Counted from the first letter of the stretch, positions 49,527-59,532 are shown. The stretch: DNA of 64,000 bases from Thermoplasmatota archaeon (GCA_041659985.1 JBAZXE010000001.1:703-64702), one strand, 5' to 3'. Notes: generated by a model not told the origin, from the letters alone. A program made the numbers and translations.

Positions 49527-49862
49527 TCAGACTTCGGGGCGGGTATCAAGGAGGCCCGAAACAATGTTGGCCAGGACGTAGCCCGCCACAAGCCCCGCAA
49601 GGCAGGCCGCAATGACGCCTGCGGCGCCGAGCGGAGTTTTCCAGAGGCCGGCCCAGACCAGGAGGGCCAGGCCATAGGCCAAGGCGAGGGCGGCGATGAG
49701 GGCGAGGGATCCCGTGGTGGAGACCCAGACGAGAATCAAGGTCAGGATGAATGACACCAAGGCCGATCCCATTGCGCCGGCAAACATCCCTTGCCAGATT
49801 GTCAGACGCGGGCCCTCGCGCATCACATCGGCCTCGGCCTCCGCCGCGGCCAGGTCCGTCAT
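49527..49862 (-). CDS. Small membrane protein
   Basis: Three TMs; ATGA overlap with tldE. Confidence 0.65.
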   Translation of the reverse strand: MTDLAAAEAEADVMREGPRLTIWQGMFAGAMGSALVSFILTLILVWVSTTGSLALIAALALAYGLALLVWAGLWKTPLGAAGVIAACLAGLVAGYVLANIVSGLLDTRPEV

Positions 49863-51247
49863 GCCGACACGTCTACGCTACGGAACCGCAGCGCCGGGAT
49901 GCGCAAACCGTTCATCGCCTTGGGCTCGCTGCCCACGCCGTCGATGCGCATGAGCAGGTCCGGCAAGTTGCCGCCGATGGCAATCTCTCCGGCCGCCCCC
50001 GCCACGACGCCGTTGCGGATGCGCCAGACGTTGGGCGAGGTCACCGAGAAGTCGCCCGTCGTCGCGTTGGCGGTGTGTGCGCCGAGGACGGACTCGACGA
50101 GGTAGCCGTCGTCCACGCCGGCCACCAAGGTGTCGGTCGGACGCGAGGCTGAGCTCGACAGGACGAGGTGGTGCGTCCCGGTGTCGGGCCGCGACTTGAA
50201 GCCGCCGCGGACGGCGCTGCACGTCGGCTGGGCCTTGTGCTCGTGCGCGTCCCACGAGTCATAGAGGAAGTTGCGCAGGACGCCGCCGTCGAGGATGCGC
50301 AGCGCGTCCGTCGTGGGCAGGCCTTCGCCGTCGAACGGCACACCGCCGATGGCGCCAGGCACCCAGGAGTCGTCGCGCAGGTCAAGGCCTGGGGCCGCGA
50401 CGGCCTGGCCAAGCTTCTCGCTCCACACCGTCTTGCCGCGGCGCGCCTCGTCGCCGGTGGCCGCCGAGACGGCAAGGTCCACGACGAGCTCGGCCACGGC
50501 CTCCGGCCGGAACACGATGTCAAGACGCCCGGCCTTGGCGGGCTTGGGGCCGACGAGCGACTTGACGGTCTCTGCGGCTTCCATGGCGATGGCGTGGCCG
50601 TCCAATCCGAAGCGGTGACTGTCGCGCGACTCGGACGCCGAGACGGAACGTTCCCCATCGGCGAGGACAAGCGACCCTCCGCAGGAGATCTCCGTCGAGC
50701 GGTCCCAGCAGGAGATGCCTTGCGAGGAGGCCAGCGCGAGGTAGCCGGCTTCCAGGCCGACGCCGCCGCCCGACAGGGTGGCCTTGGGCGCGCCCTCGGC
50801 GGCACCCGCCAGGACGTCGCGGGCGACGGCGATGGCATCGTCCACGGCGAGGGCGGCGATGCGGTCGTCCCAGCGGCCGTCGAGGCGGCGCGGCTTCGCG
50901 GCCGAAGGAAGCGAATAGCCCTTGGCAGGCACATGCTTGGCTTGGGCTAGGGCCTGCGTGATGGCGGCGTCGAGCTGGTCGGGCCGGGTGTAGTAGGCGA
51001 ATCCGACGCGGCCGTCGGCCACGACGCGGATGCTGGCGCCGGAGCCTTGGCTGGCGCCGGTGTTGGCGATGCGGTTGTTCTCCAGCTCGACTTGCAGGGC
51101 AGCGCCGGCTTCGGAGTACGCTTCGACCTGTTGGGCTCCGCGGGCCAGGGCGTGCTTGACGGCGCGCTCGGCTTCGGCCAACATTGCTTCTCCTTGACTG
51201 TCCGGGTCTAGGGGCGCCGATTTGCGGGCCGCGTTTCCAGGCGTCAT
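49859..51247 (-). CDS. pmbA: TldE/PmbA family protein
   Basis: PFDGEG, HTANATTGDFS; no HExxH. Confidence 0.9.
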   Translation of the reverse strand: MTPGNAARKSAPLDPDSQGEAMLAEAERAVKHALARGAQQVEAYSEAGAALQVELENNRIANTGASQGSGASIRVVADGRVGFAYYTRPDQLDAAITQALAQAKHVPAKGYSLPSAAKPRRLDGRWDDRIAALAVDDAIAVARDVLAGAAEGAPKATLSGGGVGLEAGYLALASSQGISCWDRSTEISCGGSLVLADGERSVSASESRDSHRFGLDGHAIAMEAAETVKSLVGPKPAKAGRLDIVFRPEAVAELVVDLAVSAATGDEARRGKTVWSEKLGQAVAAPGLDLRDDSWVPGAIGGVPFDGEGLPTTDALRILDGGVLRNFLYDSWDAHEHKAQPTCSAVRGGFKSRPDTGTHHLVLSSSASRPTDTLVAGVDDGYLVESVLGAHTANATTGDFSVTSPNVWRIRNGVVAGAAGEIAIGGNLPDLLMRIDGVGSEPKAMNGLRIPALRFRSVDVSA

Positions 51248-52626
51248 GCGCTTCCTCCGATGAGGCAGTTGTCGATGCGGACAAGGGGGCCGCCGTCGCA
51301 GACGGGGACCCACTGGCCTTTGCCGCAGTAGCCCGGGTCGCCCATGCGTTGCCGGTTGCCCAGCGCCGAGATGCTGGTCAGGGTGCTCAGGATGTCACCG
51401 GTGAGGCTGACGTCGCGCAGCGGGACCGTGACCTCTCCGTTCTCGATGAGGTAGGCTTCCTGGGCGTTGAAGAGGAACGTGCCGCGGGCCGTGTCGACTT
51501 GGCCGCCACGGGAGCCTTTGCAGAAGACGCCGTCTTTGATGCCGGCGAACATCTCCTCCTCCGGGTGGTCGCCGGCTTCGATGAGCGTGTTGCTCATGCG
51601 CACGAGGGGGCGGCTGTGGAAGTCCTGCGCGCGGGCGGCGCCGTTGGGCTGCACGCCAAGACCGGCTGCGTGCTGGCGGTCGGCAAGGTAACCGACAAGG
51701 ATGCCATCGTCCAGGATAGGCTTGGACGCGCCAGCCACGCCGTTGTCGTCGAAGGGGAACGAGCCGAACCCGCCGGGAACGGTGGAATCGTCGCGGATGG
51801 AGAGGCCCTCGATGCCGAGGCGTTTGCCCATGCGGCCCTTGAAGCAGGATTCGCCGGCCGCGACGAGGTCAGCTTCAGAGGCGTGACCGACGGCCTCGTG
51901 CGCGAAGACGCCGGCCAGTTCCGGGTCGATGACCACGGTGCGGCGGCCGCCCTTGGCCGCGCGGGCGCCGAGCGCCTTGACGGTCGATTCAGCGGCGGCC
52001 AGCGCCTTGCTCACGGGGTCCTCGTCGGCGAAGAGTTCCCAGCCCTTGGTGGCGCCGACGCGTGTGCTGCGCCCGGCCAGCTGCCCGTCTTTCTTCGCGG
52101 TAAAATGCGCCTGCGCGACGCTGCGCACCAGGCTCCACTGCAGGTTCGTTCCATCGCTGTTGAGGAACTGCTTCGAGATTGTGGCGTCGTTGTACGCCGT
52201 CGTCACGTTGCGGATTTCCGGGCGGCGACGGACGGCTTCGTCCATGCGGCGCAGCAGCTCGACCTTATCCTCGACGGCGACCCCGCGGGGGTCCTTCTTC
52301 GGTTTCCAGTCGACGCGCTTGTGCAGGACTGGCGCGTCGGCCAGGCGCACGGGTTCCTCGACGTGGGCCGAAGCCGCTTGGGCCAGGCCGAGGGCGCGGT
52401 CCAAGGCGTTGCGCCACGACACAGGCTCGAGGTCGTTGCTCGAGGCGAAGCCCCAGGCCCCCTTGACCAGGACGCGCAGGGCGAAGCCCGTCTCGGTGCC
52501 GGAGACGACGCCACGCAGTTCGCCATCCAGGATGCTGAGCCGGTTCTCCTCGACGGTCTCGACGCGCACATCCGCGTACGTTGCGCCTCGTGTGCGAGCC
52601 GATTCAAGGGCACGTTCCGGTTCCAC
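51244..52626 (-). CDS. tldD: TldD metalloprotease
   Basis: HEAVGHASEAD, VRMSNT, CGKGQ. Confidence 0.92.
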   Translation of the reverse strand: MEPERALESARTRGATYADVRVETVEENRLSILDGELRGVVSGTETGFALRVLVKGAWGFASSNDLEPVSWRNALDRALGLAQAASAHVEEPVRLADAPVLHKRVDWKPKKDPRGVAVEDKVELLRRMDEAVRRRPEIRNVTTAYNDATISKQFLNSDGTNLQWSLVRSVAQAHFTAKKDGQLAGRSTRVGATKGWELFADEDPVSKALAAAESTVKALGARAAKGGRRTVVIDPELAGVFAHEAVGHASEADLVAAGESCFKGRMGKRLGIEGLSIRDDSTVPGGFGSFPFDDNGVAGASKPILDDGILVGYLADRQHAAGLGVQPNGAARAQDFHSRPLVRMSNTLIEAGDHPEEEMFAGIKDGVFCKGSRGGQVDTARGTFLFNAQEAYLIENGEVTVPLRDVSLTGDILSTLTSISALGNRQRMGDPGYCGKGQWVPVCDGGPLVRIDNCLIGGSA

Positions 52627-52650
52627 GCCGCCAGCACCGGCGGGCCGAGG

Positions 52651-55011
52651 TTAGCCGTTGTGGAGGGACACGATGGCCGACCCGTCCACCAGTTTGACCT
52701 GGACGACACTGTCGAACGATTCCTGCAAGCGCTCCAGGTGTGTCACGGCGAACACTTGGCTGTAGAGCCCGGTGAGCCCCCGCAACGCCCCGAGCAAGGC
52801 GTCGCACCGCTCCGTGTCGAGGCTGGAGAACACCTCGTCGAGGGCGAGGAAACGGATCTCCGGCGCCCCGGACCGCGTTGCCAGAAGGCGACTGATGCCG
52901 AGGCGCAGGGCCAGGTGGGCCAAGTCCTGCTCGCCGCCGCTGAAGCGCTCGAGCGGGAGCAGGCGGCCGCTGTCTCCCATGTAGACTTCGTACGAGTCGT
53001 CGAGGACGAGCTCCGTGTACCGTCCCTGGGTGAAGAGCGCAAGGAGTTGGCTGGCTTCCTGGTTGATGGCCGGCGCGGTGCGGGAGACCAGATGCTCGCG
53101 GAACCGCTCCAGAAGCCCTCCGCCGGCGGCGCCGACGACCGCCGTCCAGCGGGCGAGGTCTTGCTGCAACAATGCCACGCGGTCGCGGGCCTGACGGTCG
53201 CGGGCTTGGTCGGCCAGCGCCAGCGCCAACGCCTGCTCCGCCACCTGGGCGGCCAAGAGGGCGGCGACATGCGCCGCGCGAAGCCGGCTGACGTGGACTT
53301 GCGCTTGGCTGGCCACGGCGTTGGCTTGCGTCAAGGCCACCGTCGTGTCCGCTTGCATGGCCAGGCGCAAACGCAGGTCAGCAAGCTGGGCCGCCGCGAC
53401 CTGCATGGACCGCTCGGCCTCAACGAGGTGCGAACGCAGGCCGGGCAGGCGGGACGCGGCGGCTTCCGCCTTGGCCAATTCGAGGCGGGCGCCATGCGCG
53501 GCGTCGGCCTGGCGCTTTAGGTCGGCCAGGTCGGCCATCGGGCCCGGGTCGGAGGGCAGCGTCTCGCGCAGGGCCTCGACCATCGCCTTGAGGCCGGCGG
53601 CGTTCTGCGCGGCCTGCTCCTTGCGCCGCGCCAACGCGTCGACGCGCTGCCCTTCGGTCTGGGCGGCGGCCAACGCCGACCGCGCTTCGACGGCTTGAGC
53701 CCGGGCACTGCGCACGGCGTCCGAGCCGCGGGCGACGGCGGCCTCCAACGCGGCCACCTTGACGCCCACTTGGCGGCGCTCCTCCTCGATGTGCTCGACG
53801 CTCACTGGCTGCCGACACGATGGGCATGCGGCCGATCCCTGCAACCCTTGCAGGGCTGCGAGTTCCCGTTGCGCCTGCGTGAGACGCTCCGCGGCGACCG
53901 CCTGCGTGCGTTCGACGCGCGCCACGCCGGCCAGCGTGGACTCGAGCGCCAACGCGACGGCAGCGACATCGGGACGGGCGGGGACTTGGATGGCTTCGGT
54001 TTCGGCAAGCAGGCGTTGCAGGGTCGATTCCTCGGCGGCGATGCGGGCCAGCTGCGCCGAACGACGTGACTGCACGACCACCAGACCTTGCGCGTTGGCG
54101 AGGCGGGCGCTGGCGTGCTCCAGGGCCTCGGCTTCGTTGCGCAGCGCGTCGATGCGTTGGGCGGCCTGTTCGGCGGCGGCGACTTCGACGTGGGTGCGGT
54201 CGACGGTGCGCTTCCCCGCCTCGGCAGCCGTTGCCACGGTCGCGATTTGCTGGTCGAGGGCGAGGCGTTGCATATGCGCTGCGCGAGCGGCCTCAAGCTG
54301 AGTGGTGGCTTGCGCCGAGTCCTGTTCGGCCCGGGCCAATCCTGCGGCGGCGATGGTGACGCGTTGGCGTGCGGCGGCGTCAGCGGCTTGGGCGGCGTTG
54401 GTCCGCTCGCCCAAAGCGACGGCATCGCCGAGATGACGGGCGGCCTCTTCCGCTTGGAGGCGCAGGTCGTTGCGCTTGCCCCGCGCGGCGGCGATGGCGC
54501 CATCCACGGCGCCGATGCCGACGAGGCCGAGGATGAACTCCCGGCGCTCGGCCGGCTTGAGGCGGCCGAGGCGGTCGAGGTCGCGTTGCCTGGCAACGAC
54601 GGTTTGGAAGAAGCCGTCACGGTCGAGCCCGAGGAGGCGCTCGACCTGCTGCGTCACCTGGTCCGACGAGCCGGAGACGGGTTGGACCTGCAGGTGGCCG
54701 TCGACCTCCAGGCTCGCCATCGGGTTCTGCGCCTTTCCTCTCAGTTCGCGCACGACGCGCAGGGCCTGCCCCGCGACTTCGAGGTCGAGCTCGACGCGCA
54801 CGGCGTCGCCGGGGGGCGCGTCCTCGGAGCGGATGAGATCCTTGCCGGTGCCGGCGGCCTTGGGGCCGTAGAGGGCGAAGGAGACCGCCTCGAGCAGCGT
54901 CGATTTGCCGGCGCCGTTGGGGCCGACGACGGCGAGGACTCCATCGGGGAACTCGACCTCCGTGGCGCGGTGGCGGCGGAAGTTCTGCAGCTTGAGGCGC
55001 ACCAGCTTCAC
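52651..55011 (-). CDS. rad50: Rad50/SbcC ATPase
   Basis: GPNGAGKS, coiled coil, CPSC zinc hook, FSGGE, LDE..SLD. Confidence 0.92.
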   Translation of the reverse strand: MKLVRLKLQNFRRHRATEVEFPDGVLAVVGPNGAGKSTLLEAVSFALYGPKAAGTGKDLIRSEDAPPGDAVRVELDLEVAGQALRVVRELRGKAQNPMASLEVDGHLQVQPVSGSSDQVTQQVERLLGLDRDGFFQTVVARQRDLDRLGRLKPAERREFILGLVGIGAVDGAIAAARGKRNDLRLQAEEAARHLGDAVALGERTNAAQAADAAARQRVTIAAAGLARAEQDSAQATTQLEAARAAHMQRLALDQQIATVATAAEAGKRTVDRTHVEVAAAEQAAQRIDALRNEAEALEHASARLANAQGLVVVQSRRSAQLARIAAEESTLQRLLAETEAIQVPARPDVAAVALALESTLAGVARVERTQAVAAERLTQAQRELAALQGLQGSAACPSCRQPVSVEHIEEERRQVGVKVAALEAAVARGSDAVRSARAQAVEARSALAAAQTEGQRVDALARRKEQAAQNAAGLKAMVEALRETLPSDPGPMADLADLKRQADAAHGARLELAKAEAAASRLPGLRSHLVEAERSMQVAAAQLADLRLRLAMQADTTVALTQANAVASQAQVHVSRLRAAHVAALLAAQVAEQALALALADQARDRQARDRVALLQQDLARWTAVVGAAGGGLLERFREHLVSRTAPAINQEASQLLALFTQGRYTELVLDDSYEVYMGDSGRLLPLERFSGGEQDLAHLALRLGISRLLATRSGAPEIRFLALDEVFSSLDTERCDALLGALRGLTGLYSQVFAVTHLERLQESFDSVVQVKLVDGSAIVSLHNG

Positions 55012-56207
55012 GATGGGCCTCCCACCAGCATGGACTTGGCTAGGGCGACGACCGTCTCGCGGTCGAGGCCGGGCATCGGTGTCGCGGCCGCGAAGGAGTC
55101 GAATTCCACCATCATGCCACGGAAACCCGATGGGCCGGCCGCCGCCGCGGCATGGCCAGCGAACTCCGGCCGCAGGTCAAGGTGGGTGAGGTGCTTAGCG
55201 GCGTCTTGGATGGCGCGTCGGTCGAGGGTGCCGCGCAATTCGGGGGCGATGCCGTCGATGCGCAGGCGGGCGACCGCGCCGTCCGGGACGCGGGAGAGGG
55301 CCTCGCGCGCCGCCGAAACGATGGCTCCGCCATCCATCCCTTCGGCGTGGAGGACCGGAAGGTCAGCGTAGGGACGCACGGGAAGGGCGACGAAGCGCAC
55401 GTCCGGGTTTGCTCCCGTGCTGAAGGCGATTTCCAGGAATCCCTTTTCTTGCCCCGACTCGGCCATGCTGACGCGGTCGGGTGCGCCGCAGTACCAGGCG
55501 TTGGGTGCGACGTGTTTGGTGCCGTGGAAGTGCCCCAATGCGACGTAGTGGAACGGCGCGAACCACGACGGCTCCAGGCTAAGCTCGTTGAACTCCGCCT
55601 GCGGGATGTCGGCCAGGGTTGTGACGGCGCCGTGGACGACGAGGAGGTCGATGCCCCCGTCGTTGGATGTTGGAGCGGCGGCAATCTCGGCCGCGATGGC
55701 GGCCTGGTCTGGGCACTGCGGGACGGCGTGCACGCGCACCGTTCGGCCTTGCAGATTGAACTCAATGGTCTGGCGTCTGCCCTGGTAGACCGGGTGGATG
55801 CCCTCGAGGTGGGCGAAGAGGCGGAACGAGGAGCCGGTCTCGCGCAGCTTCGGGTGCTCATGGTTTCCGGCGATGACGACGGTGGGGATTCCGGCCTTGC
55901 TCAGCCGAAGGAACCCCTCGAGGGCGTGGGCGAGCGCGCGGTTGCTCGGGCGGACCCCATCGAACAAATCGCCAGCGTGGAGAACCAAGTCGGCCTTGGT
56001 TTGGATGGCGTGGTCGATGATGGCGTCGAAGGCGTCGTAGAGGTCGCGCTCGCGCTGGTTCAGGCCGTTGGCGTCGACGCGCGGATATTGCTGGTGCCCG
56101 AGATGCGTGTCCGAGAAGTGGATGAGCCGGATTGGTCGCGGACTGGATTTGCCGGATTCGGTCAATCCGTCGAATCCCGTTTTGAATCCGTCAAATCCGT
56201 TGGACAT
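55008..56207 (-). CDS. mre11: Mre11/SbcD nuclease
   Basis: SDTHLG, GDLFD, GNHE, LGHFH. Confidence 0.92.
   Translation of the reverse strand: MSNGFDGFKTGFDGLTESGKSSPRPIRLIHFSDTHLGHQQYPRVDANGLNQRERDLYDAFDAIIDHAIQTKADLVLHAGDLFDGVRPSNRALAHALEGFLRLSKAGIPTVVIAGNHEHPKLRETGSSFRLFAHLEGIHPVYQGRRQTIEFNLQGRTVRVHAVPQCPDQAAIAAEIAAAPTSNDGGIDLLVVHGAVTTLADIPQAEFNELSLEPSWFAPFHYVALGHFHGTKHVAPNAWYCGAPDRVSMAESGQEKGFLEIAFSTGANPDVRFVALPVRPYADLPVLHAEGMDGGAIVSAAREALSRVPDGAVARLRIDGIAPELRGTLDRRAIQDAAKHLTHLDLRPEFAGHAAAAAGPSGFRGMMVEFDSFAAATPMPGLDRETVVALAKSMLVGGPS
56129..56205. repeat. Family A repeat inside the 5' end of mre11
   Basis: Minus strand (GGATT)x4 then (AATCC)x3, encoding NGFDGFKTGFDGLTESGKS. Confidence 0.6.
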
Positions 56208-57925
56208 CAGTAGAACCCAGCGTCGGCCTTCGGGGCGATGCGCAAGGCCGCGGGCTGCGCGGCTTGCTGCTCGAGGATGCGGTCTTCGTACAGGTGGGCC
56301 TTGAGCGGGAGCGCGAACGGGGCGCCGGGCGTCGTGACCAAGGCCTCGCCCGGCTCCAGCATCTGGATTTCCTTGGTGACTTGGCTAAGGTCCTGGCGGG
56401 CACCGGCTCGGACGCGGTCGCGGTCGGTCGGGTCGGCAAGGCCGAGGATGACCAGAGTGTTCAGTTGACTGAGCAACTCGTCGGAGAGAAGGCGGGGTTG
56501 CTGTGTCACGGCGCCGAGGCCCACCTTGAACTTGCGACCCTCCCGAGCAATCTGCGCGAAGATGTTGGATGAACCGCCTTTCTGGTTGAGGACGCGCTGC
56601 GCCTCCTCTAGGGTCACGCACACGGGCGGGAGGCTACGGAACCAGACGGGGTCACGCGCCGCGTCGCGATAGCGCTCGAGGAGGCTGCGCGCCAGGACGG
56701 CGGAGACGAGGAGTTCCTCGCTGGGGAACAATCCGGAGGTGTCCACGAGGACGGTGTGGCCGGCCTCGAGGTGGCTGAGGATGGCCTTCGTCGTGCTCAC
56801 GGCCGCGTCAGTGTGGATGACGGGTTGCTTGAGCACCTGCTCGCAGCGGCGCTTGAGGACGTTCAGCGTGCCCGGGTGGAAGCGCCCCTTGCCCAGGGCA
56901 GCGTCGAGCTGCTCGGGTTCCAACGCGTCGATGCGGCTGATCCAGTCGCGCCGGAACAGGTTCCCAACCGCCCACAACGCCTCCTCTTGCGCGTCTGAAA
57001 TGTTGTAGACGTTGGCGAAATCGGCGGGCGTGATTTCCGCCGCGGACACGGCAAGCTCGTGAACGCGTCCGGGGAAACCAGGGATGGGGCGGCTGGTGTA
57101 GACGTGCAGGCGGTCGGAGCGCGGGTGGTGCAAGAGACCGCGAAGCGGGCGGCCGTCGGGATGCACGGCGGCGCCGCCGTCGGCGTATTCGCCGTGCGGG
57201 TCCAGCAGCAGGAATCCGACCTGGCCGGAATCCATAGTGGAACCGGCGAGGACTTTGAGGAGGTTCGATTTGCCCATGCCGGTAGTGGCGAAGATGCCGA
57301 TGTGCTGCGCCAGGGCCTTCGGGTCGAGGCCGAGGCGGTCGGGCAGCGGCTCATCGCCGGAACGCAGGAACCCGAGCTCCAGGTCGCCCTTCTTCGGCGC
57401 GAGGAAACGGAAATCGCCGGCGACGGGGCGGCGGATAGGGCAGAAGTGCGGCGGCAGCGTCTTCGGCTTGCGGAATCTTCCGTCAGCCTGCAGGTAGCCG
57501 AGGGGTTCGGCGACGGCGGACTTGAACAACCGTTGCTCGCGGTCATAGAGAACCAGGTTCTCGCCGCCGGAGGACATGAGTGCGCCGGCCGTGCGTTCCT
57601 CCCAGTCGCCGTCGCGGGCATCGGCGCCGTATTCGAGGTCGACGACGCGCAGGTAGAACGGACCTTCTTGGCCGCGTGCTGTTGGCTGCGGCGAAGGTCC
57701 GTTTAGCGAGCCGGAGGCGAGCGGACCGGCCGGGCCGCTTGCGGCCCGGGCGGGGAACGGTGGCGCTCCCGAGCCAGAATCCGCGAGGAGAATCTCGCCG
57801 AGATGAAGGGGTTCGTCGGGCCCGATGCGGAAGCGCAGCTCGCCGACCGAGGTGCCGGTGATGCGGCCCACTGGCCCGGCTGGCGCAGCGTCGGCACCAT
57901 TACGGCTGGTCGGTTTGGGCGTCAT
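56207..57925 (-). CDS. herA: HerA helicase/translocase
   Basis: HIGIFATTGMGKS, DPHGEY, EEA, IAREGRKF, TQQP. Confidence 0.92.
   Translation of the reverse strand: MTPKPTSRNGADAAPAGPVGRITGTSVGELRFRIGPDEPLHLGEILLADSGSGAPPFPARAASGPAGPLASGSLNGPSPQPTARGQEGPFYLRVVDLEYGADARDGDWEERTAGALMSSGGENLVLYDREQRLFKSAVAEPLGYLQADGRFRKPKTLPPHFCPIRRPVAGDFRFLAPKKGDLELGFLRSGDEPLPDRLGLDPKALAQHIGIFATTGMGKSNLLKVLAGSTMDSGQVGFLLLDPHGEYADGGAAVHPDGRPLRGLLHHPRSDRLHVYTSRPIPGFPGRVHELAVSAAEITPADFANVYNISDAQEEALWAVGNLFRRDWISRIDALEPEQLDAALGKGRFHPGTLNVLKRRCEQVLKQPVIHTDAAVSTTKAILSHLEAGHTVLVDTSGLFPSEELLVSAVLARSLLERYRDAARDPVWFRSLPPVCVTLEEAQRVLNQKGGSSNIFAQIAREGRKFKVGLGAVTQQPRLLSDELLSQLNTLVILGLADPTDRDRVRAGARQDLSQVTKEIQMLEPGEALVTTPGAPFALPLKAHLYEDRILEQQAAQPAALRIAPKADAGFY
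57704..57755 (+). repeat. Family B palindromic element lying in frame within herA
   Basis: TAGCGAG-CCGGAG-GCGAGCGGACCGG-CCGGGCCGC TT GCGGCCCGG-GCGGG. Confidence 0.65.
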
Positions 57926-58162
57926 TGGCTCCTCCTAATTTCACGCCGCCAAAAGGGGCGGGGGGAGGTGGGCGAAATGAATCGCGTAGGGCTTCCCCCT
58001 TCCGAGGGTGCCCTGGCTACCCCATCCAAGTGCACCAGAACGCCCCCCGTCTTCAGGGTTGGGAAACGAAGCGGCGTCCCCTCCTGGAGCTTCAGGAGAC
58101 GAGGGTCGGTTTCCGGTGCGACGGGTGCGACGCCGACCCATGCGAGCGGCTGGACTGCCGGG

Positions 58163-59473
58163 TTAGAGCTCGCTCGCCCGGGCGATGCCTTCGCCCATCG
58201 GCGGCTCCGACAGGTCGAGGGTGAATCGGCCCCTCAGGCGCGAAAGCCAGATGGGCGTCACCAGCGTCGTGATGAACACCATGACGAGGATTGCAGCATA
58301 CTGCCAGTTGGCCAGCAGCGCGGTGGAGAGGCCGAGGCCGGCGAAGATCAAGCCGACCTCGCCGCGCGGCACCATGCCGACGCCGACGGGGAGCCGGTTC
58401 GCCTGGCCCTTGACGACGCCGAGTCCGCAGGCCAGCTTTCCAAGGATGGCCAACACGGAGAACCCGATGCCAATGGCCAGCACGGGGCCGACGTTGGCGG
58501 CGAACTGCCCGACGTCGACGCGCATGCCCAGCGTCACGAAGAACAGGCCGACGAACAGTGCCGCCAGCGGACGGAGCTGTTCGAACAAGCGATGCGCGTG
58601 TCGAGTCTCCGCGAGGATCAGGCCGCCTGCGAAGGCCCCCACGATGTCGGCGAGCCCGGCCAGACTGGCCAGGTACGACATTGCGAGCGCGAACGCGACG
58701 GCGAGGACAAGCGGGAAGAATGGCACGCGGAAGCGGTCGGCCAGCGCGTCGTACGCTCTCGGGACCAGCTTCAGCCCTGCCCCGACGGCCACGGCGAGGA
58801 AACCGATGGCGAGACCCAGAATCTTGAGCAGCCCAAGGGTGTTCACGGCGTCGCCTCCGAGCGCGGCGGTGGCGAGCGCCGCGACCACGGCGAGAATGAT
58901 GAGGCCGCCCACGTCGTCGAGCACTGCGGCGCCGAGCACGATGCGGGCCTCGGGACTGCCCAAGCGCCCGAGGTCCGACAGGACGCGCGCGGTGATGCCG
59001 ACGCTCGTGGCGGTGAGCGTCGCCCCGACGAAGACGTGGAGCAGGTAAGCGGGCAACGCCGCGTCCGCCGTCGCCCACGGCGCCCAGACCTCGGCGAGGC
59101 CGTAGCTGGCGGCGAAGCCGATGGCGAACGAAGCCACGATGCCGAGGACGGCGACGAGCAGACTGGAGAGGCCAACCTTGCGCATCTCCTTAATCTTCGA
59201 CTCGAGCCCAACCTCGAACAGCAGCAGGATAGCGCCGACGGCTGCCAAGGCTTCAATGACGGCGACCTCGGAACCATGGTCGCCGCCTGCCACACCCGAC
59301 AGGTCAGGAAGACGAAGGAAGCCTCCGAGTAGACCGGCGGCCAAGAGAAGGCCCGCAACCAGCTCGCCTAGGACCGGAGGAAGCTTGAGGCGCTCGGCGG
59401 CCTCACCGCCAAGCTTGGCCGCGATGAAGAGAACGGCCAAGTCGTAGAGAATGGGCCCGGCGGTCGCAGCCAC
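58163..59473 (-). CDS. CPA2 cation:proton antiporter
   Basis: LFEVGLES, ATSVGIT, AVLDD, MVPRGEV. Confidence 0.92.
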   Translation of the reverse strand: MAATAGPILYDLAVLFIAAKLGGEAAERLKLPPVLGELVAGLLLAAGLLGGFLRLPDLSGVAGGDHGSEVAVIEALAAVGAILLLFEVGLESKIKEMRKVGLSSLLVAVLGIVASFAIGFAASYGLAEVWAPWATADAALPAYLLHVFVGATLTATSVGITARVLSDLGRLGSPEARIVLGAAVLDDVGGLIILAVVAALATAALGGDAVNTLGLLKILGLAIGFLAVAVGAGLKLVPRAYDALADRFRVPFFPLVLAVAFALAMSYLASLAGLADIVGAFAGGLILAETRHAHRLFEQLRPLAALFVGLFFVTLGMRVDVGQFAANVGPVLAIGIGFSVLAILGKLACGLGVVKGQANRLPVGVGMVPRGEVGLIFAGLGLSTALLANWQYAAILVMVFITTLVTPIWLSRLRGRFTLDLSEPPMGEGIARASEL

Positions 59474-59532
59474 GCCCGCCCAGAGGCGATGGATGTGAAA
59501 GCCATGCCGCCATGCGACGAAGGCGGAGTCAA

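Noticed and set aside
52651..57925. HerA/SMC-based antiviral defence system
   Set aside because: Gene order and motifs match the housekeeping archaeal HerA-Mre11-Rad50 repair module, and no Sir2 or other effector is adjacent.
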